Shown: piece after piece, positions 42,608 to 51,514 of the stretch
How the letters are laid out: every line of letters starts with the position of its first letter
Numbering within the stretch: the stretch's first letter is position 1
Source of the DNA: a virus
IMG/VR virus record: IMGVR_UViG_3300046167_000884
Location: 1-64,000 of that record
Strand: one strand, 5' to 3'
Length of the DNA: 64,000 nucleotides
Program-made: the position numbers and the translations under genes
The notes under the pieces: generated by a model
Database searches by the model: none
Seen by the model: the letters and a program-made list of their open reading frames with translations, nothing else
Told to the model about the DNA's origin: nothing

Positions 42608-42916
42608 ATGAATCATACTTGGAAAATTTACGATCTAAAAAGAACTATTGCTGATGGCGTAGTAACTAAAGTAACCTATGCTTGTGAATCCGAGCTATCT
42701 GGATCAAGCACAAGAAAAATTGGAGAACTTACAGTTGAAGGTTCTGTAGATGATGCAGATTTTATTGCATATGAAGATCTTACTCAAGCTGATGTTTTGG
42801 GATGGGTTGATGCTAATGTAGATAAATCTTCAACTGAAACCCAAAATTCAGCCTCTATTGCTGCTGCTATTACAGCTAGAGCAGCTAGAACAGAATCAAA
42901 CGGTACTCCTTGGTAA
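42608..42916 (+). CDS. Small fibre-associated phage protein
   Basis: TWKI..L.R...GVV..V.Y...DFIAYEDLT.ADVLGWV pattern, typical of small proteins next to aquatic-phage fibres. Confidence 0.55.
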   Translation: MNHTWKIYDLKRTIADGVVTKVTYACESELSGSSTRKIGELTVEGSVDDADFIAYEDLTQADVLGWVDANVDKSSTETQNSASIAAAITARAARTESNGTPW

Positions 42917-42957
42917 AATAACTAGGAGTATTTAAATAAGTTACATATATTAATGTT

Positions 42958-43833
42958 ATGAATATAATCTTTCAAATAGACGGAGGTCTAGGAAAATCTA
43001 TCATGGCAACGGCCATGACTAAAGTTTTAAGAAAACGCTATAAAAATGCTCATATTGTAGTTGTTACAGCTTATCCCGATGTATTTTTAAATAATCCCAA
43101 TATAAATGAATGTTTTAGAATTGAACAAATGGGGGGTGCCTATTTAAAATATGCTAAAGATCAAGATTGTAAACTTTTCTTATCTGACCCATATCACCAC
43201 AATTCCTTCCTTACAGAAAAAGAACATTTATTTAGAACATGGTGTAAAATTTATGGTTTAAACTATAATAATGAACAACCAGAACTCTATTTAACCCAAC
43301 CCGAAATAGAATATTTTAAACCCTTTTATCAAGTAGAAAAACCCATTATGGCAATTCAACCTAATGGAGGACCAATAGGTCAAGGTTTTCAATATTCATG
43401 GACACGAGACATACCAGAACCCACAGTTAACGAGATAATTCAACATTATAAGGAAGACTATACCATAGTCCATATTAAAAGAGAAGATCAATATAAATAC
43501 CCAGATACATTACATGCTTTAGATGGGTTTAGAAGTATAGCTATATTATTACAATTATCTTCTAAACGCCTATTAATCGATTCATTCAGCCAACATTTAG
43601 CCGCTGCTATGGGTAAAAAATCTACAGTTTGTTGGGTAACTACAAAACCAAAAATATTCGGTTATAAACTACATGATAATATTTTATCTAACCCATTTAC
43701 AAAAGAACCTCAACTCCAAAATTCTATTTATCAACCTTTTAATTTAGCACAAGATGTTTCTTCTATTCCATATAATGATTTAAGAGAGGTATTTGATGTA
43801 AATAAAATTGTAGAGTCGATAAATAAACAGTAA
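42958..43833 (+). CDS. Glycosyltransferase, GT9 (heptosyltransferase-like, GT-B)
   Basis: GGLGKSIMATAMTKVLRKRYKNAHIVVV and LLIDSFSQHLAAAMGKKSTVCW correspond to the GT9 GD.(I/V)...P and D(S/T)G..HLA.A motifs. Confidence 0.7.
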   Translation: MNIIFQIDGGLGKSIMATAMTKVLRKRYKNAHIVVVTAYPDVFLNNPNINECFRIEQMGGAYLKYAKDQDCKLFLSDPYHHNSFLTEKEHLFRTWCKIYGLNYNNEQPELYLTQPEIEYFKPFYQVEKPIMAIQPNGGPIGQGFQYSWTRDIPEPTVNEIIQHYKEDYTIVHIKREDQYKYPDTLHALDGFRSIAILLQLSSKRLLIDSFSQHLAAAMGKKSTVCWVTTKPKIFGYKLHDNILSNPFTKEPQLQNSIYQPFNLAQDVSSIPYNDLREVFDVNKIVESINKQ

Positions 43834-44648
43834 TGGAAAAAATATTCTTTCAATCATCACTACCTAGAGCAGGTAGTACTTTGCTTCAAAACATATTAGG
43901 ACAAAATCCTGATTTTTATGTTACACCAACTTCTGGTGTGTTAGAACTACTATATTCAGCTCGTCAAAATTATACTTCTGATAATGCTTTTAAAGCACAG
44001 GATCCTGAATTAATGAAAAAAGGATGGCTTAATTTTTGTCGACAAGGTATAGAAGGATTCTTCAATGGTATTACAGACAAGAAATATGTAGTTGATAAAT
44101 CTAGAGGATGGGGTATACATTATAACTTTTTAAATTCATTCCACCCAGATCCAAAGATAGTTTGTATGGTTAGAGATTTAAGATCTATCTATGCTTCTAT
44201 GGAAAAAAACTTTAGAAAAAATCAAGATAAAGATAGTGGTGTAGTCAATTGGGCTGAAATGAAAGGTACTACAACTGCTAAAAGAGTAGACTTATGGGCA
44301 CAATCACCTCCAATAGGTATTGCAGTTGAAAGATTAAAACAAATGATAGATGAGGGTATAGATAAAAATATTTTATTCATCAGATTTGAAGATCTAACCT
44401 TTAATCCTCAAACAGAATTAGATAAAGTATATGATTTTTTTAGTGTAGACAGATACCAACACGATTTCCAAAATGTAGAACAAATAACACAAGAAGATGA
44501 TACAGTTCATGGTATTTTTGGAGACCATACAATACGTAAGGAGGTAAAACCTATACCTGAACAGTATAATGAGTACTTAGGTCAGGAACTATCACAAAAT
44601 ATAGTTAATACTTATCCTTGGTTTTACGAATATTTTCAATATTTATAA
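43833..44648 (+). CDS. Sulfotransferase (Sulfotransfer_3-like)
   Basis: SLPRAGSTLLQNIL, VVDKSRGW, MVRDLRSIYAS and IRFEDLTFNP. Confidence 0.85.
   Translation: MEKIFFQSSLPRAGSTLLQNILGQNPDFYVTPTSGVLELLYSARQNYTSDNAFKAQDPELMKKGWLNFCRQGIEGFFNGITDKKYVVDKSRGWGIHYNFLNSFHPDPKIVCMVRDLRSIYASMEKNFRKNQDKDSGVVNWAEMKGTTTAKRVDLWAQSPPIGIAVERLKQMIDEGIDKNILFIRFEDLTFNPQTELDKVYDFFSVDRYQHDFQNVEQITQEDDTVHGIFGDHTIRKEVKPIPEQYNEYLGQELSQNIVNTYPWFYEYFQYL
44639..44648 (+). promoter_or_regulatory. ATATTTATAA motif overlapping the sulfotransferase stop
   Basis: 19 nt upstream of ATG 44668. Confidence 0.4.
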
Positions 44649-44667
44649 TTAACTTTAAAACACACAT

Positions 44668-45150
44668 ATGAGTTGGACCTATAAAACACATGAAATAGGA
44701 GACATTACTCAATTCCCAGAAAATACATTTGGCTTTGTTTATATGACAACACACAAACCTACGGGTAAGTCATATATTGGGAAAAAAGTACTATTTCATA
44801 ATCAAAAGAAAAAATTAGGTAAAAAAGAACTAGCGGCCATAACAGGAGTTGTTGGTAGACGACCTTCATATAAATTAATAATTAAAGAATCAGATTGGAT
44901 GAACTATTATGGTTCCCAAAAAGATATCAAACAACTATTATTAGAAGGTAAAAAAGATGAATTCGAACGTACCATCTTAAAAATGTGTCCCGATAAAAAA
45001 TCAATGACATATTTTGAAGTTAAATACCAAATGCTTTATCAAGTACTAGAAAAACCAGATGAGTTTTTTAATGACAATATTTTAGGTAAATTTTTTACTA
45101 AAGATTTAAAAGATATTGAATTCGAAGATCTCGTGAAAGAGCGAAAATAG
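44668..45150 (+). CDS. GIY-YIG family nuclease
   Basis: FGFVYMTT...GKSYIGKK...YYGS...ERTIL...YFE. Confidence 0.75.
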   Translation: MSWTYKTHEIGDITQFPENTFGFVYMTTHKPTGKSYIGKKVLFHNQKKKLGKKELAAITGVVGRRPSYKLIIKESDWMNYYGSQKDIKQLLLEGKKDEFERTILKMCPDKKSMTYFEVKYQMLYQVLEKPDEFFNDNILGKFFTKDLKDIEFEDLVKERK

Positions 45151-45168
45151 TTTCATATATTACCATTC

Positions 45169-46098
45169 ATGGTAAATCAGTTATTAGTTACATTAGTAAA
45201 TTCAGTATTGGGTTCGGGCAAAGCCACGGCTCGAAACAATTATGCTTACCACTGTCCTTTCTGTCACCACCATAAACCAAAAATGGAGGTTAATTTAACA
45301 GAAAATCGTGAAGGTAAAAATCCTTGGCATTGTTGGGCTTGTGATGTAAGAGGTACTACTATATATTCTTTATTTAAACAGTTAAAAACAGATGTAAGTA
45401 AATTTACTGAACTTAAATCACTTGTTAAAACATCTAAATCAATTAAAGAGACACAAGTTGTGTCTAGCGTATCGCTTCCAAATGAATATATTAGCCTAAA
45501 TAACGTTGATACTAGCGATATTATGGCTAGACACGCGCTCGCGTACCTAAAAAATAGGCATGTGAGTAAATACGATATTATCAAATATAATATAGGTTAT
45601 TGTAAAGAAGGTTTATATAAAAATATGATTATTATACCAACATATGATGCAGATGGTAGGTTAAATTACTTTACCGCCCGTTCATTTGAAAAAGAACCAT
45701 ATGTTAAATACCGTAACCCCTCAGCATCAAGAGACATAGTACCAAATGAACATTTAATAAATTGGAATGTACCAGTTATTTTATGTGAGGGATTATTTGA
45801 CGCTATGGCTATAAAAAGAAACGCAATTCCCCTATTAGGGAAAAACATACAGAGTAGCTTAATGAAAAAAATAGTTACATCTGTAGTAGATAAAATTTAT
45901 ATTGCATTAGATAGGGATGCAATTAAACAAGCTTTAAAATTCTGCGAGCGATTAATGGCAGAAGGCAAAGAAGTCTATCTTGTAGATTTACAAGATAAGG
46001 ATCCGAGTGAAATGGGTTTCGAAAATTTCACTAAACTTATTCAAAAAACAGTTCCATTAACCTACTATGATTTAATGGAACAAAAACTAGCTTTATGA
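45169..46098 (+). CDS. DNA primase (zinc finger + TOPRIM)
   Basis: CPFC...WHCWAC zinc finger; LCEGLFDA, IYIALDRDA and KDPSEM TOPRIM motifs. Confidence 0.9.
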   Translation: MVNQLLVTLVNSVLGSGKATARNNYAYHCPFCHHHKPKMEVNLTENREGKNPWHCWACDVRGTTIYSLFKQLKTDVSKFTELKSLVKTSKSIKETQVVSSVSLPNEYISLNNVDTSDIMARHALAYLKNRHVSKYDIIKYNIGYCKEGLYKNMIIIPTYDADGRLNYFTARSFEKEPYVKYRNPSASRDIVPNEHLINWNVPVILCEGLFDAMAIKRNAIPLLGKNIQSSLMKKIVTSVVDKIYIALDRDAIKQALKFCERLMAEGKEVYLVDLQDKDPSEMGFENFTKLIQKTVPLTYYDLMEQKLAL

Positions 46099-46874
46099 TC
46101 AAAAAATCATACAAAAGATTATTAGAAATTTCAGATGATTACCAACAAGTTACAATGCCTGATTCAAGATATTATAGACGCAATGGTAAATATTATCCAT
46201 CAGTAACCCATGTTTTGAGTTCCTATCCAAAAGGCAAATACTTCGAAGACTGGCTTAAAAAAGTAGGTTATAGTGCTGAATGGGTTGTCAAGAAAGCAGC
46301 AGAAGAGGGGACACTAGTCCATGAAATGATTGAAGATTGGTTAAATGGTAAAGAAATCAAATTTTTATATGATGATGGAAACCCTAGAATGCCTACTCAT
46401 GTGTGGCAAATGTTCCTTAGATTCGTAGATTTTTGGGAAACTTATAACCCAACATTAATTGAAGCCGAAGTACATTTATTTTCAGATAAAATTGAGGTAG
46501 CAGGTACTTGTGATTTAGTATGTGAAATTGAAATAGATGGAAAAATGGAACGCTGGATTATAGATTTTAAAACATCTAATCATTTACAAACAACTTATGA
46601 TTTACAAAGTGCGGTATATGCTCAATGTTATGAGGAATGTTATGGTAAAAAAATAGACCGTATTGGAGTTTTATGGTTAAAATCTAAATCTAGAGGTGAA
46701 GATAAATCTGGCAAACGTTTAAAAGGTAAAAATTGGGAAGTATACGAATCACCCCGTACTCAGGAAGAAAATATAGAAATATTTACTCATGTTAAAGCAT
46801 TGTTTGATATTGAGAATCCTAAACCAAAACCTTACACTAATACATTCCAAACTACTTCAAAGAGAACCGTGTAA
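46095..46874 (+). CDS. PD-(D/E)XK exonuclease (lambda-exo/Cas4-like fold)
   Basis: YPSVTHVL, GTLVHEMIE, AGTCDL, IIDFKTS and LQSAVYA. Confidence 0.85.
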   Translation: MIKKSYKRLLEISDDYQQVTMPDSRYYRRNGKYYPSVTHVLSSYPKGKYFEDWLKKVGYSAEWVVKKAAEEGTLVHEMIEDWLNGKEIKFLYDDGNPRMPTHVWQMFLRFVDFWETYNPTLIEAEVHLFSDKIEVAGTCDLVCEIEIDGKMERWIIDFKTSNHLQTTYDLQSAVYAQCYEECYGKKIDRIGVLWLKSKSRGEDKSGKRLKGKNWEVYESPRTQEENIEIFTHVKALFDIENPKPKPYTNTFQTTSKRTV

Positions 46875-46877
46875 AAA

Positions 46878-46910
46878 TTTGGCTACCCGGGCTATCCTTC
46901 GTATATTTAC
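46878..46910 (+). promoter_or_regulatory. Early promoter
   Basis: TTTGGCTAC-N12-TCGTATATTTAC. Confidence 0.7.
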
Positions 46911-46952
46911 CCTGTATTGATAATTAAGTCAATGCATTAAATAATTAAGGTT

Positions 46953-47303
46953 ATGTCAAGTATTAAAGAAATTATTGGAAAAGGAGATGTTAAATTTACT
47001 GTAAAAGGAATTACTGAGTACCGAAGAGGTGGTGATGATAATGAGTATGGTGATTTCCCAAAAATATTTAGAATTAATGAAGAGGGTGATGCTATTTTTG
47101 AAGATTCACGTTTATTTAGTAGAGGAATGAATGTTACCAAATTAGGCCCTACTTGTATTACATTGTATGATTACAATATGTTAGGTAAAAAAACAGTAGG
47201 TAAAATTAGTTATAAAGATATTACAATCTTGAACGAGGTTAAAGACATTCCAGGTTTCGAAGGAACATTAGAAGCATTAAACGAACTTACAATTTTAAAA
47301 TAA
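46953..47303 (+). CDS. Hypothetical early protein, 116 aa
   Basis: AAGGTT-ATG start after the promoter. Confidence 0.65.
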   Translation: MSSIKEIIGKGDVKFTVKGITEYRRGGDDNEYGDFPKIFRINEEGDAIFEDSRLFSRGMNVTKLGPTCITLYDYNMLGKKTVGKISYKDITILNEVKDIPGFEGTLEALNELTILK

Positions 47304-47308
47304 GAGTT

Positions 47309-47422
47309 ATGAGCAATTTAGAAAAATTATTATTATTACAAAAAAAGGTATGTGCAATAACAGAACCTGAATTAGCAGAGTATGTGAGTGTGTTAATCAA
47401 AACAGAATATGAATATCAATAA
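47309..47422 (+). CDS. Small hypothetical protein, 37 aa (MSNLEKLLLLQKKVCAITEPE...)
   Basis: AAGAGTT-ATG start; hand-translated. Confidence 0.45.
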   Translation: MSNLEKLLLLQKKVCAITEPELAEYVSVLIKTEYEYQ

Positions 47423-47432
47423 AATAAAGGTT

Positions 47433-47888
47433 ATGAAAAAAATAGTATATTTACACGGCTTAGAAAGTGAAGCAGGAGGTCCAAAAGTATCTTTCCTTGC
47501 TGAAAAAGGTATGGTTTATGCTCCTGCTATGAATTATGAAAGCTTAAACTTACATGAATTTATCCTTACTTTAGGTATGCCCGATTTAATTATTGGATCT
47601 AGTATGGGTGGTTATGTTGCCGATGTTATAGGTTCAAGATTAGGAGTAGATGTTTTATTATTTAATCCTGCTTTACATAACAGATCAATCCCAGTAAATC
47701 ATGAATATTATGGTGAAACTTATAAACGTACAATTGTTTTAGGTACTGAAGATAATGTTATCAATCCTGAAATAACTAAAAATTTATGGTCTGTTCATGG
47801 TAATGTAGCAATACATGATGAGATAGAGGGTATGGGTCATAGAACGCCACTTGATGTTTTTATTAATATGTATAATAAACATGCTTAA
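47433..47888 (+). CDS. Alpha/beta hydrolase, YqiA/UPF0227-like esterase
   Basis: YLHGLES, GSSMGG nucleophile elbow, LFNPAL, GTED and GMGH; start placed at the AAAGGTT-ATG (47433). Confidence 0.8.
   Translation: MKKIVYLHGLESEAGGPKVSFLAEKGMVYAPAMNYESLNLHEFILTLGMPDLIIGSSMGGYVADVIGSRLGVDVLLFNPALHNRSIPVNHEYYGETYKRTIVLGTEDNVINPEITKNLWSVHGNVAIHDEIEGMGHRTPLDVFINMYNKHA
47866..47875 (+). promoter_or_regulatory. ATATGTATAA, one-mismatch variant of the late motif, heading the L-x-E gene block
   Basis: 15 nt upstream of ATG 47891, followed by TAAA as in other copies. Confidence 0.4.
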
Positions 47889-47890
47889 TT

Positions 47891-48436
47891 ATGATTAAAT
47901 TAATAGATCTATTAAATGAGATAGATATCCCTAAGAACAAATGGGTTACTATTCCTGCCTCAGAACTAAAAGACTATAGTGAAGAAATTTATAAGTTAAT
48001 TGATAATGCTTATGCACCAATTGGCGGTCATCCTAACTATAAATCCGCGGGTAATGTATCAGGTAGTGAATCTGATGCAGAATATGAAATAATTGATTTA
48101 GACGATGACCCTGAAATTGATGCAGTATCCGCTTCTAAACTTAAAGCCGCAGGTAAAAAATTTACAGCAACAGGACATGATGGGTCTAAACCAGCTAAAT
48201 CCAGTGTTGTAAATCATAAGGCAAATCAATTAAAATCTGGAGGATATTATGTTGAAGTATCAGGTGTAATAAAAGATATTTTTAAAGCTAAAGGTGTAGA
48301 AGCTATTAACGATGAAGAACTAGTACGTAAAGTACTTAAAGGAAAAGAAATTGAGTGGCTAGGTAATGGCGAATATAAAAGAACAATTGGTGGTAAATTA
48401 TTTACCAAAGCATTAATGGGAAAACCAACAGTATGA
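47891..48436 (+). CDS. Hypothetical protein with MIKLIDLLNE leader
   Basis: ORF track; short amphipathic leader ending in L-x-E. Confidence 0.7.
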   Translation: MIKLIDLLNEIDIPKNKWVTIPASELKDYSEEIYKLIDNAYAPIGGHPNYKSAGNVSGSESDAEYEIIDLDDDPEIDAVSASKLKAAGKKFTATGHDGSKPAKSSVVNHKANQLKSGGYYVEVSGVIKDIFKAKGVEAINDEELVRKVLKGKEIEWLGNGEYKRTIGGKLFTKALMGKPTV

Positions 48437-49230
48437 TAAGTTTAGTACAATTATTAAGAGAAGCACAAGGTAACCCAAAAGCGGTTATCTTAGCAGGAGC
48501 ACCTGGAGCAGGTAAAGGATATATTTTACGTGGTTTAGACTTAGGAGGTCTAAAAACAATGAATGTAGATGATATCTATGTTCCTTTACTAAAAAAAGCT
48601 AACGTTAGTTTAGATTTAAAAAACGCTACACCTGAAGAAAGAAGTGAGCAAGCCAAACAAATGGCCGCAGCTAATAAACAATTTAAAGGTGAATTAGAAC
48701 AAGTAATAGCAGGTAAAGAATCATTTATATTAGATGGTACAGCAGCTTCATTTAAAAAAACAGCAGAATTAAAATCAGAACTAGAAGAAGCAGGATATGA
48801 TACATTTATGCTTTATGTCTATACAGATTTAGAACGTTCGTTAAGTCAAAACCAAGATAGATACGTAAAATCAGGAGGTGAAGATAGAAGTTTAGCACCT
48901 GCAATTGTAATGCGTACTTGGAAAAGTGTAACAGATAATTTACCTAAATATGAAGAATTATTTGGTAATAATTTTGTAGCAGTAGCTAATACATTAGATG
49001 ATAGAATGCAAGATATAGATAAAATTATACAAAAATATCTTAAACCATTTACACCTCAAGGTACTAAACCTAAAACCCCAGCTCAGCAAAAGAAATCTGA
49101 TGAACGAAAGGCTAAGGACAAAGAAGAAATTCAAGCTATGTTAGATGATGATTTTATATATGATGTAATTGAATATACTATGTCTAAGGAAGAGGCACAA
49201 ATGAGATTAAAACAATTCTTATCTAAATGA
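48433..49230 (+). CDS. P-loop kinase (AAA_33/zeta-toxin/PNK-like) with MISLVQLLRE leader
   Basis: AVILAGAPGAGKGY Walker A, NVDD, ILDGT and lid Arg motif. Confidence 0.75.
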   Translation: MISLVQLLREAQGNPKAVILAGAPGAGKGYILRGLDLGGLKTMNVDDIYVPLLKKANVSLDLKNATPEERSEQAKQMAAANKQFKGELEQVIAGKESFILDGTAASFKKTAELKSELEEAGYDTFMLYVYTDLERSLSQNQDRYVKSGGEDRSLAPAIVMRTWKSVTDNLPKYEELFGNNFVAVANTLDDRMQDIDKIIQKYLKPFTPQGTKPKTPAQQKKSDERKAKDKEEIQAMLDDDFIYDVIEYTMSKEEAQMRLKQFLSK

Positions 49231-50909
49231 GTTTAGTAAACGAATTAATTAAAGGGTTATTACCTGAAGAAGAAAAAAAGAAGGTAGTGGCAGTATATGG
49301 TGGTGGTTTTAAACCACCCACATCTGGTCACTTTGAAGTTGTAAAACAAGCACTTAAAGAAAACCCCGAAATAGATGAATTTATTATCTTAATAGGTGGT
49401 AAACCAAGAAATGGTATTACACCTGATGAATCTATTTTAATTTGGGATATCTATAAAACATACTTACCATTTAAAGTTGAAGTAAAATACACATCAGTAC
49501 CTCCTATAAAAGGTATTTATAATTATGCCAAAGAACACCCAGATGAAGAAGTATTATTCATTATAGGTGCTAGAGAAGGTAATGAAGAAGATTTTAAAGA
49601 TATAGCATCTAGAACAACAACATTGGATAAATATCCAAATTTAAATTTACGTACCATTGTAACACAAGGTGGTGTTTCAGGTACAGCTGCTAGAAATGCT
49701 TCTAAAATATCATTAGATAAATTTAAACCCTTTGTTCCATCTGAATTATCAGATGAAGAAATAGAGCAAGTATATAATATAGTAGCAGATAAAATACAAG
49801 AAAATAACCCAGAGGATGGCAAGGCTGCTCCTTATGGTTCCGGATATAAAAAACTAAAAGAAAACGCATCATATTCTCAAAATATAGATGTAATGGAAAA
49901 AATAGCTCAATTAACCAATCATATGATTGATAAGGGTATGAATATTGAACCATTACCTACTATGGAATTTATAGACGGTGATTCAGAAAATGCTAAAGAC
50001 TTTTTTGGTAAAACAGCATATTACGATCCAAACAGAAAACATATAGTATTATACACTGAAGGTAGACACCCTAAAGATATAGTACGTTCGTATGCACATG
50101 AAATGATCCACCATATCCAAAATCTAGAGGGTAGATTAGGTGATATTTCAACTACAAATACACAAGAAGACGATAAACTAAATGATATTGAAGCGGAAGC
50201 TAACCTAAAAGGCACAATGACATTTAGAAATTGGACGGATAGTTTAAATGAAGCAATCGTAGGTGAAAAAATCGAATGTGATAATTGTGGTTGGAGCTGG
50301 AATATAGTAGACGGTGGAGATGATTTATTTATATGTCACAAATGTGGGCACGATAATACACCAATAAATGAAAAGAAAACTAAAGACCCGTTTGGTATAA
50401 ATGCATATGCAATGGAATTAGGAAGGTTACGTGAAGAAGAAACAGAATATAAAATATACTGCGATATGGATGGCGTAATAGCAGATTTTGAACGTGGTTA
50501 TGAAGAATTAACAGGTATAGATTTACAAGGTGAATTTAAACCTGAAGGAAAAGAGTTTTGGGATCCTATCTCTAAAGCAGGAGTTGGATTTTGGGCTGGT
50601 TTAAAATGGATGCCTGATGGGCAACAATTATGGGATTATATTAAACCCCATAAACCAAAATTATTATCTGCACCTTCACGTGAACAAACTTCTAGAATAG
50701 GAAAACACGTTTGGGTTAAACATAAAATACCTGGTACAAAATTAATATTAAGGTATGCTGATAAAAAGAAAGAATTAGCTTCACCAACATCAATATTAAT
50801 AGATGATAGAATGGTAAATATAAAAGACTGGGAATCCGCAGGAGGGATTGGTATATTACATACTAGTGCTGCTAATACTATTAGCCAATTAGAAAAATTA
50901 GGTTTATGA
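49227..50909 (+). CDS. Multidomain protein: HIGH-type nucleotidyltransferase + HExxH zincin-like domain + Zn ribbon + HAD (NT5C-like) nucleotidase
   Basis: GGFKPPTSGH; RSYAHEMIHH; CDNC..CHKC; IYCDMDGVIADF...ILIDDR. Confidence 0.8.
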   Translation: MSLVNELIKGLLPEEEKKKVVAVYGGGFKPPTSGHFEVVKQALKENPEIDEFIILIGGKPRNGITPDESILIWDIYKTYLPFKVEVKYTSVPPIKGIYNYAKEHPDEEVLFIIGAREGNEEDFKDIASRTTTLDKYPNLNLRTIVTQGGVSGTAARNASKISLDKFKPFVPSELSDEEIEQVYNIVADKIQENNPEDGKAAPYGSGYKKLKENASYSQNIDVMEKIAQLTNHMIDKGMNIEPLPTMEFIDGDSENAKDFFGKTAYYDPNRKHIVLYTEGRHPKDIVRSYAHEMIHHIQNLEGRLGDISTTNTQEDDKLNDIEAEANLKGTMTFRNWTDSLNEAIVGEKIECDNCGWSWNIVDGGDDLFICHKCGHDNTPINEKKTKDPFGINAYAMELGRLREEETEYKIYCDMDGVIADFERGYEELTGIDLQGEFKPEGKEFWDPISKAGVGFWAGLKWMPDGQQLWDYIKPHKPKLLSAPSREQTSRIGKHVWVKHKIPGTKLILRYADKKKELASPTSILIDDRMVNIKDWESAGGIGILHTSAANTISQLEKLGL

Positions 50910-51484
50910 AACAAAAAGTAACAGGGTTAAAAAAAGAATTTCAAGAAAAAGATGTTGAACGTTTAAGGAATTTAATAACGGGAAAACATGGTAATAAAAC
51001 ACGTTCGAGTGTTGGTTTTTCTAAAGCTGATGAGTTTTATGCCGAGGGTGATATTTGGGAAGCAGATGGTCGTACTTGGACAATCAAAGAAGGGATTAAA
51101 CAAAACATTACAAAACTAGATAAAGCTAAAAAGGCACACGTTATGCCTTTACTTTGTCCCTGTTGTAAAAAAGTAATGAAAAAGCGCAATGATAAACCTA
51201 CTTATAATTTACATAAAAAATGTTTTGACTGTGTTGCTCTGATGGAACATGAAATCAAAATCTCAGGTAAATGGGAAGAGTATACTCACAATTTACATAA
51301 CCAACAGATTGACCATACTTTAGAAGAATTTAAAGTTTTTGTAAAAGAAAAACTTGAAGAATCAAATGATTCTTTTGTATCTGAAGATGGAGATGTTGAA
51401 AAATGGGTTGGTAAACTGGATAAAGAAAAAGTAGATGAATATATGAATTCTGTAATAAAATATGCTAGGGCACTTAAAAAGTAG
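50906..51484 (+). CDS. Hypothetical protein with a Cys cluster (CPCC...HKKCFDC)
   Basis: ORF track; motif visible. Confidence 0.65.
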   Translation: MKQKVTGLKKEFQEKDVERLRNLITGKHGNKTRSSVGFSKADEFYAEGDIWEADGRTWTIKEGIKQNITKLDKAKKAHVMPLLCPCCKKVMKKRNDKPTYNLHKKCFDCVALMEHEIKISGKWEEYTHNLHNQQIDHTLEEFKVFVKEKLEESNDSFVSEDGDVEKWVGKLDKEKVDEYMNSVIKYARALKK

Positions 51485-51490
51485 TTTTGC

Positions 51491-51500
51491 ATATTTATAA
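51491..51500 (+). promoter_or_regulatory. ATATTTATAA motif
   Basis: 14 nt upstream of ATG 51515. Confidence 0.55.
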
Positions 51501-51514
51501 TAAAATACCTAACC

